From contig CAVSFD010000002.1 in the NCBI GenBank assembly GCA_963727175.1, positions 4,620,942 through 4,684,941 of the forward strand: 64,000 bases of DNA, given 5' to 3'. The notes under the pieces are model-generated. The model made no database searches and was not told where the DNA came from. It worked only from the letters and a program-made list of their open reading frames with translations. The stretch is from an uncultured Spirochaetota bacterium (GTDB taxonomy: Bacteria > Spirochaetota > UBA4802 > UBA5550). This document shows positions 58,290 through 64,000 of this stretch, in pieces (position 1 is the stretch's first letter; every line of letters starts with the position of its first letter). The position numbers were made by a program, and so were the translations under genes.

Positions 58290-58877
58290 ATGAAAAAAGA
58301 ACTCAAAGTAATTAAAAAGAAGAAACATATAATAGAAGCGCTGAAGCGGTGCCTCGAGCAGGATGTGTACTCCCAGGTTTCACTCGAAGACGTGGCCAAG
58401 GAGGCCGGTTTTTCCAAAGGAGGACTCAGGCACTACTTCCCCACCAGGGAAGAGCTCTACGTGGCACTCATTGAAAACTTTTTCAACCAGATACAGAGGG
58501 ACCAGATCGGCGTGGTCCAGGGACTCGACCTGGATAAAAACGACAAGGCGCTCATAACCACCCTCTTCGGGATCGAGAAGTTCCTTCTCGACAAGAAGAA
58601 CATGCGGATCCTCATCAACATCATACTGTACGGTTTCGAAGACGAGAAAATCCGCGAGATCATCAAGAAGTTCATACGGAATCATCTGAACATCTATTCC
58701 GCCACCATCAGGGACCTCAAGAGCGGCGTAGAAGTCATGGAATCAGAGGCCCAGTTCATCGGGAGGATTACGCAGGTCATCCTCCTCTTTGCCGGAATTT
58801 TAGAGTACATCGATCCCATCAACGTGGAAACCCCGAAGCTTATCGAATTTATCCTGACATTATTCAAGCATGACTGA
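58290..58877 (+). CDS. TetR-family transcriptional regulator
   Basis: The HTH is IIEALKRCLEQDVYSQVSLEDVAKEAGFSKGGLRHYFPTREEL. 195 aa. Confidence 0.85.
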   Translation: MKKELKVIKKKKHIIEALKRCLEQDVYSQVSLEDVAKEAGFSKGGLRHYFPTREELYVALIENFFNQIQRDQIGVVQGLDLDKNDKALITTLFGIEKFLLDKKNMRILINIILYGFEDEKIREIIKKFIRNHLNIYSATIRDLKSGVEVMESEAQFIGRITQVILLFAGILEYIDPINVETPKLIEFILTLFKHD

Positions 58878-58884
58878 CGGGCCC

Positions 58885-59265
58885 TCAGCGGCCGCACCGC
58901 ATTCGTTCTATTATTCTTGAAAGGATTATCCTGTCTCCCGGGGACATCACGTCTATCGACACGCCCCCCTTGAAAATCATGACGCCATCTTCGAAGAGCA
59001 CCACGTTCCACACGTTTTTCACGGCAGCAAGGATCTTTTCCTCTCCGAAATCTATGGTCATCATGTAATTCTCATTTGCCTGTATATCCTCAAGCAGTGA
59101 GCCGCTTATGGCGCGGATTTCGATGCCGAATCCCTTCATGCTCATGTCCACCAGGACCCCCGCCAGTTCCCGGTTGAAATCAAAACTGCATGTAGCGATA
59201 ATGTTCCCGGGCATCCCTCCAGGGATGTTACCGCTGTCGAATCGTTCAGCTTCACGCATATTCAT
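58885..59265 (-). CDS. PilZ-domain (c-di-GMP-binding) protein
   Basis: An RxxxR motif (REAER) sits near the N-terminus and DxSxxG (DMSMKG) about 30 aa later. 126 aa. Confidence 0.65.
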   Translation of the reverse strand: MNMREAERFDSGNIPGGMPGNIIATCSFDFNRELAGVLVDMSMKGFGIEIRAISGSLLEDIQANENYMMTIDFGEEKILAAVKNVWNVVLFEDGVMIFKGGVSIDVMSPGDRIILSRIIERMRCGR

Positions 59266-59480
59266 GGCATAGCCTGTTCCTGGAAATTCTTACCGCGGCG
59301 ATTTCATCTGCCCTGCCGCACGGCCCGCCACTCTCTGCATCCACCTGAGGCGGCGGCGTGAGCAGTGTTCCACACACACACATTCATCGTAGTACAACAG
59401 TGATGATTATTTTCAAGTAATTAAACCGGCACCGATCCCTTTTTTATAGAAAACTTTTTAGACAACCCGGAAAGAATGTA

Positions 59481-59509
59481 TTGACACTCCCCGCAACAAG
59501 TGATATCAT
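59481..59509 (+). promoter_or_regulatory. sigma70-type promoter TTGACA-N17-TATCAT upstream of the FlaA-like gene
   Basis: Consensus -35 hexamer at 59481-59486 and TATCAT at 59504-59509, about 58 nt before ATG 59567, which has a GGAGGA RBS. Confidence 0.4.
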
Positions 59510-59566
59510 ATCATCCACAACAGAAGGCGCCCTTCAGGCGGCAAATCTATTTTGGAGGATTCCGGG

Positions 59567-60265
59567 ATGTTTAAAAAAATCATCATAGCCCTTATGACAC
59601 TGGCATTTATTGCGCCCCTCTACTCGCAGGACAAAGGCAAGGCGGCGGGAGACAAAAAAGCGGCCGACGAAAAGGCTGCCGAGACGAAAAAACCGGCCGG
59701 CGACAAGAAAGTGACGGTATGGCAGGACGTGATCCTGGAAGATTTTGAAACAACCCCTTATTCCAATAATAATATCAGCTTCAACGTGACCTCTGACCAG
59801 CAGGCGAAGCTCACCATGCGCGACCAGCTTCCGGCAAACGCCAATTCAAAGAAATACCTGGGGCTCAAGTTTAAAACCCGCGGCGGCGACATCTTTGTCA
59901 TCAAGCCGGCCAAGGAGCTGATCATTGATAAATTCTGCAAATCCATATCATTATGGATATACGGGAAGAAAACCGGCGGCGAGATCACGATGCTTTTTCA
60001 GGATACGAAAAAGAACATCCACAAGATCACGGTGGTGCAGACCATCAATTTTTCAGGGTGGAAGCAGATCACTGTCCCGCTGCGCAACGACATAGCGCAG
60101 GAGGACGATTTCCTGAACCAGAAAAAAACCATGAAGATCATCAACGTCCAGTACAGGAGTGCCACGGCAAGCGGGAAGACGTCACAGTGGGAATACCTTT
60201 ACCTGGACGACATAACCGCAACGGTGCGGGAGCGCTACGACGACAAGCAGAGCGACGAATGGTAG
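59567..60265 (+). CDS. secreted protein resembling spirochaetal flagellar filament outer-layer (sheath) protein FlaA
   Basis: A signal peptide MFKKIIIALMTLAFIAPLYSQ is followed by a Lys/Ala-rich linker, then VILEDFE...GLKFKT...WIYG...FSGWKQITVPL...YLYLDDIT, as I recall for the FlaA family. Not verified. Confidence 0.5.
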   Translation: MFKKIIIALMTLAFIAPLYSQDKGKAAGDKKAADEKAAETKKPAGDKKVTVWQDVILEDFETTPYSNNNISFNVTSDQQAKLTMRDQLPANANSKKYLGLKFKTRGGDIFVIKPAKELIIDKFCKSISLWIYGKKTGGEITMLFQDTKKNIHKITVVQTINFSGWKQITVPLRNDIAQEDDFLNQKKTMKIINVQYRSATASGKTSQWEYLYLDDITATVRERYDDKQSDEW

Positions 60266-60289
60266 AATAGAATTACACTATGATCATAT

Positions 60290-60322
60290 AAAAAAGCGGC
60301 GATCGATATCGCCGCTTTTTTT
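60290..60322. terminator. bidirectional intrinsic terminator between convergent genes
   Basis: AAAAAA-GCGGCGAT-cgat-ATCGCCGC-TTTTTTT: an 8-bp GC-rich stem flanked by A and T runs. It abuts the stop of the ABC ATPase gene. Confidence 0.75.
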
Positions 60323-61106
60323 ATTTAATGTATCCCGGCACAGGATACACGAAGGGTCTGCCGGTCGTGGGATTGTCCATGACGATGCAGGCCGTGCTGA
60401 AAAGGGCCTCGACGAGGTCGTACCGTATCACCTCCCGGGGCGGCCCGTTGAAAAAGGTCCCCCCGTCCTTCATGCCGATTATCCGGCCCGAATAATCCGA
60501 CGCGAGATTAATGTCATGGAGCACCGCAAGGACCGTGGCCCCGCCGCGGTTGAGCTTCCAGAGAATGTCCATGATCATGACCGCGTGCTGGATGTCCAGG
60601 TGCGAGACCGGCTCGTCAAGCAGGATGACACTGCTGTTCTGCGCAAGGGCGTGGGCGATGCGGACCAGCTGCAGCTCTCCGCCGGAAAGCTCCGTGAGGC
60701 GCCGGTCGAGGAGATTGCCCGCCCCCGTGGTTTCCGCCGCCTCTTCGATCACTTCACGGTCCCGGTCATTTTCAATGACAAGGGAGCCCTGGTGGGGGAA
60801 CCTCCCCATCCGTATGAATTCCCGCACCGTGAAGGACGACCGGGTCTCGACGGCCTGGTGGACGACGGAGAGCATCCGGGCCAGGGAGCGCGGGCGGTAT
60901 TCACCCAGGGGGCGGCCGTTAAACAGGACCGATCCCGCGCCGGGGATGATATCGCCCGACATGATTTTCAGGAGCGTGCTTTTCCCCGCGCCGTTGGGCC
61001 CTATCATCGAGATGAACTCGCCGCCGGCGATCTGCAGGCTCAGGTCCCTGATGACCGGCTCTCCGCCGTACCCCGCGCGTACCGAATTCAGGTCAAAAAC
61101 GTTCAC
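60321..61106 (-). CDS. ABC transporter ATP-binding protein (FecE/BtuD-type)
   Basis: Walker A GPNGAGKST, signature LSGGELQ and Walker B ILLDEP. It overlaps the permease stop by 4 nt. Confidence 0.9.
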   Translation of the reverse strand: MNVFDLNSVRAGYGGEPVIRDLSLQIAGGEFISMIGPNGAGKSTLLKIMSGDIIPGAGSVLFNGRPLGEYRPRSLARMLSVVHQAVETRSSFTVREFIRMGRFPHQGSLVIENDRDREVIEEAAETTGAGNLLDRRLTELSGGELQLVRIAHALAQNSSVILLDEPVSHLDIQHAVMIMDILWKLNRGGATVLAVLHDINLASDYSGRIIGMKDGGTFFNGPPREVIRYDLVEALFSTACIVMDNPTTGRPFVYPVPGYIK

Positions 61107-62077
61107 CGGACCTCCTCCCGGCGGATCATGAAAACAAGGAAAAAGGCGCCCCCCAGGAACCCGGTGATGATGCCCACCGGTATTTCATAGGGAGGGACCA
61201 GGGACCGGCCGATGGTATCGGAAGCAAGGAGAAACAGCGCCCCGCCGGCGGCCGCCGCGGGAACAAGGCGGAGATGCCGCGGACCGAAGATGTTCCGCAT
61301 CAGGTGGGGGACGATGAGGCCGACGAAGCCGATGACGCCGGCGAGGGAGACCGAAACGGCCGCGAGGAGCGACGCGATCCAGAAGAGGGCCCTCATGTTC
61401 CCTTCGGTAACGCCGAGGTTTTTCGAGAATCGGGCCCCCATGGAAATGATGTCGAGATGCTTGTGGAACATCATAACGGCCGCCATGAGGATGAGTGTAA
61501 CGGCCCCCATGGCGTTCAGCATCTCGTACCGCGCGCCGGAAAGGTCGCCCATGAGCCAGAGAAGGGCGCGGTGTATCTCATCCGAGCGCGAGAGCGCATA
61601 AATGAGAAGGACTGCCGCGGACAGGATGAAGCCGAGGGCGATGCCTGACAGGATAAGCGCCGTGGAGCCCAGGCTCATGCGCTTTGACAGCAGGTACACG
61701 GTGCTGATGGCGGCGATGCTCCCGGCAAAGGCCGCTGCTGCCACCGCGTACTGCCCGGCGCCGGACACGATCCCCACCGTGGCGCCCAGGGCGGCACCGC
61801 CGGAAACGCCGATGATATAGGGATCAGCCAGGGGGTTTTTCAGGACCGACTGGAATACGGTGCCGCTCACGGCAAGGGACGCGCCGATCACCATGGCGAG
61901 GAGCGCCCGGGTCAGGCGGAGCTTCACCAGGATGGTGTACTCGGCGCTCCCGGGGCCGCGGAGAACAATGTCCGCCATGTCGGCCGGAGAGATAACCCTG
62001 GTCCCCAGGGAAAGTGAGACGAGCAGCAGTACCAGGACAGCGGCCGCGACAATCATGATTTTACAGGGAGTTTTCAT
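61103..62077 (-). CDS. FecCD/BtuC-family ABC permease
   Basis: 324-aa polytopic protein with motifs ...NPLADPYIIGVSGGAALGA... and GIITGFLGGAFFL typical of the FecCD family. Confidence 0.9.
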   Translation of the reverse strand: MKTPCKIMIVAAAVLVLLLVSLSLGTRVISPADMADIVLRGPGSAEYTILVKLRLTRALLAMVIGASLAVSGTVFQSVLKNPLADPYIIGVSGGAALGATVGIVSGAGQYAVAAAAFAGSIAAISTVYLLSKRMSLGSTALILSGIALGFILSAAVLLIYALSRSDEIHRALLWLMGDLSGARYEMLNAMGAVTLILMAAVMMFHKHLDIISMGARFSKNLGVTEGNMRALFWIASLLAAVSVSLAGVIGFVGLIVPHLMRNIFGPRHLRLVPAAAAGGALFLLASDTIGRSLVPPYEIPVGIITGFLGGAFFLVFMIRREEVR

Positions 62078-62147
62078 AAGGCAGATTACATAGATGCATC
62101 ATATCGGATCAGAGTCAAATAATTAATACCGCGGAGCATGATGACCA

Positions 62148-63035
62148 TTATCGCACCGCCGCCTTATCCAGGATCTCCGCCAACCGCGCCACCGATTTAA
62201 CGTAATCCGCCGGGGTATAATAGGGAATCGTGTCAGGGTCAATGACATAGAAGCTCCTGTTTTTCATGGCCTTCAGGGTCCTGAAGTCCAGGGACAACCG
62301 CCGGTAAAAGGCGCCCGCCTCGTCATCGCCGGCCATGGATATGATCACGGCCGGATCGGTTTCGACCAGTGATTCCAGCGAAACCAGGGGATAGACGCCA
62401 TGCGTACCAGAGTAGACGCATATGCCGCCGGCGTCCCGGATCACCTGGGCGATGAAGGACTCCTCTGACGCCGCTATGAGGGGCCGATGCGACAGGAAGA
62501 AGGCAACGGTGGGAGGGATTCTTCTGGTCCCGGACGTTCGTCCCTCCCCGGTCCGCCGCAGAAGATCGGAATAGCGCGCGATCTTTTCCCTGGCCTCGGG
62601 CTCCCTGCCCAGCATCGCGGCAAGGCGCAGATAATTGTCGCATATATCATGGAAATTCCTGTTTCGGCTGAAACGGTACATCCGCACCCCGGCATCCTCA
62701 AGGCGGTCAATGCTCTGCACCGGTCCGTCCTCGCTGGAAAAAAGAACGATATCCGGTTTAAGCCGGATTATGGCCTCCAGGTTCGGCTGGACCAATGTCC
62801 CCACAATCTCGACTCCCGTATCGCGGAAGTCGTCGTAGGAGGTGACCCCGGCCAGAAGCTCACGCCTCCCGAGATCGGCGATCTGCCGGGAAATGGAGGG
62901 CGACAGGGATATGATCCTGGCAATGGGCGTCTGCGGTGCCGGCTGTCCCTTCTCAGGGGAACAAAAAAATGAGAACGCCAACGGCAGCGTTACACAGCAG
63001 AGAAGGAACGGATAATGTATCAGGTTCTGTTTCAT
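62148..63035 (-). CDS. periplasmic substrate-binding protein (BtuF/FecB, class III)
   Basis: It has a signal/lipoprotein-like N-terminus (LLCCVTLPLAFSFFCS). ...IISLSPSISR...LKPDIVLF... is typical of the Peripla_BP_2 family. Confidence 0.85.
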   Translation of the reverse strand: MKQNLIHYPFLLCCVTLPLAFSFFCSPEKGQPAPQTPIARIISLSPSISRQIADLGRRELLAGVTSYDDFRDTGVEIVGTLVQPNLEAIIRLKPDIVLFSSEDGPVQSIDRLEDAGVRMYRFSRNRNFHDICDNYLRLAAMLGREPEAREKIARYSDLLRRTGEGRTSGTRRIPPTVAFFLSHRPLIAASEESFIAQVIRDAGGICVYSGTHGVYPLVSLESLVETDPAVIISMAGDDEAGAFYRRLSLDFRTLKAMKNRSFYVIDPDTIPYYTPADYVKSVARLAEILDKAAVR

Positions 63036-63142
63036 GGTCCGGAAGAATCCCGCACTAAAAAATCTTCCAGGCCGGCAGGCATGTCAACTATTATCTTCCA
63101 AACCCCGGCACCGGGGATGCCGGACCGTAAGCGGGCTTTTTT

Positions 63143-63274
63143 TCAGATGAGGGTCACGATATGCTCTTCACGCGCGCACGCGATGCAGTAGCGAAGTCCC
63201 TCTCTCCGGTTTTTCTGCGGGATATAGTGATGGTTAAGCTCGTTGATTTCCTTTCCGCATCGTGAACATTTCAT
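63143..63274 (-). CDS. possible 43-aa zinc-ribbon peptide
   Basis: MKCSRCGKEINELNHHYIPQKNRREGLRYCIACAREEHIVTLI has two CxxC pairs. The longer 88-aa track ORF has an implausible N-terminus. It may instead be non-coding leader (see findings). Confidence 0.3.
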   Translation of the reverse strand: MKCSRCGKEINELNHHYIPQKNRREGLRYCIACAREEHIVTLI

Positions 63275-63722
63275 AACGCATCTCCAGCATTGTTGATAAT
63301 CTGCACCGGCCCGCTCACTGTCTTTATTCAAAGTGCATTCGTCTCTCCGACCCGGCAACAGCTCCTGATCAACATGGACGGTCAGGGGCCACATTCTTAT
63401 TATCGGCATGAAGCGGTCATTAATGAATTGAAAAAGCCCTGCATTGATGAAATCGGACCTGAAAGGCGGGGCTTTACGCGCTGCAGACCGATTCTCACTG
63501 CATGATCAGGAAAAAAATCAGGCTGTCCGCAGGGCACGTTAAGAGGCTGGTCCAATTGTATACACGCAACAGTCGGCACACTTTCTAAAAAAACCAGCAA
63601 AAGTGTTTATTTCTTTCAGTAAATTTTTTAAAATTTGTGTTTACAGTAAAGGGTATTATTCTAACATCGACGGTAATTAATTGACTGCAATTATTTTCAT
63701 TATCGTGTGACTGAGGAATTCT

Positions 63723-64000
63723 ATGCCATCAAAACCCAAAAGCGGAGCTAAAAGCAAAAAGAAAACGGAGCCCCGCAAAAGCGAGCTGAAATCTTCCAAG
63801 GTTAAAACAAAAAAGGTTAACCTGCTCAAACTTTATTCGGAAATGAACAAAATGTCAAATGATGCCGTTGATAAAGAAGTTATCAAACGCTTTAAGATCA
63901 TCATCGACACCAGTGAAGAGGACATTACCAAAAAGAGCCTCCTCCTTATACTTAAGGAGCCCAAAAACGTTACTGTTACCGATTTTGGCGACAGCCTTCA
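63723..64000 (+). CDS. hypothetical protein, N-terminal fragment (continues beyond window)
   Basis: ATG at 63723 follows GAGGAA. My translation MPSKPKSGAKSKKKTEPRKSELKSSKVKTKKVNLLKLYSEMNK... stays open to the window end and has a basic N-terminus. Confidence 0.45.
   Translation, partial: MPSKPKSGAKSKKKTEPRKSELKSSKVKTKKVNLLKLYSEMNKMSNDAVDKEVIKRFKIIIDTSEEDITKKSLLLILKEPKNVTVTDFGDSL

Overview
Densely coding bacterial chromosomal segment, mostly above 50% GC by eye with a few short AT-rich islands. I saw no rRNA, tRNA, CRISPR array, transposase, integrase or phage genes. Signal-transduction genes dominate: two methyl-accepting chemotaxis proteins (one with a 7TMR-DISM input), four large PAS-rich, hybrid or HisKA_2 histidine kinases, a LuxR-type response regulator, and STAS, CheD-like, PilZ and bacteriohemerythrin genes. 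A minimal PilJ-domain sensor ends in a Cys-rich module. Metabolic content: (1) a TetR-headed lipid/sterol-type beta-oxidation operon (SCP2, two DUF2148 ferredoxin-like proteins, acyl-CoA ligase, acyl-CoA dehydrogenase, SCP-x-type thiolase, SDR, epimerase); (2) two cholesterol-oxidase-like GMC oxidoreductase loci; (3) metY-cysK-Rrf2; (4) coaE and mobB; (5) carB-pyrR; (6) a penicillin-acylase/NUDIX/ADC-like operon; (7) a BtuFCD/FecBCD-type ABC importer. A FlaA-like sheath protein, a DUF1564-like ORF and the sensor repertoire suggest a free-living spirochaete (Leptospirales-like), but this is only a guess. Unusual points: four indel-type frame disruptions in three conserved genes (GMC oxidoreductase, thiolase, and carB with two compensating shifts); a 16-bp near-palindrome present in three perfect copies plus one 14/16 copy; two copies of a MITE/REP-like element built from inverted triplets of the octamer CGCRGAGN; and several strong candidate operator palindromes. 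All family assignments come from motifs I recognise by eye and none was database-verified.
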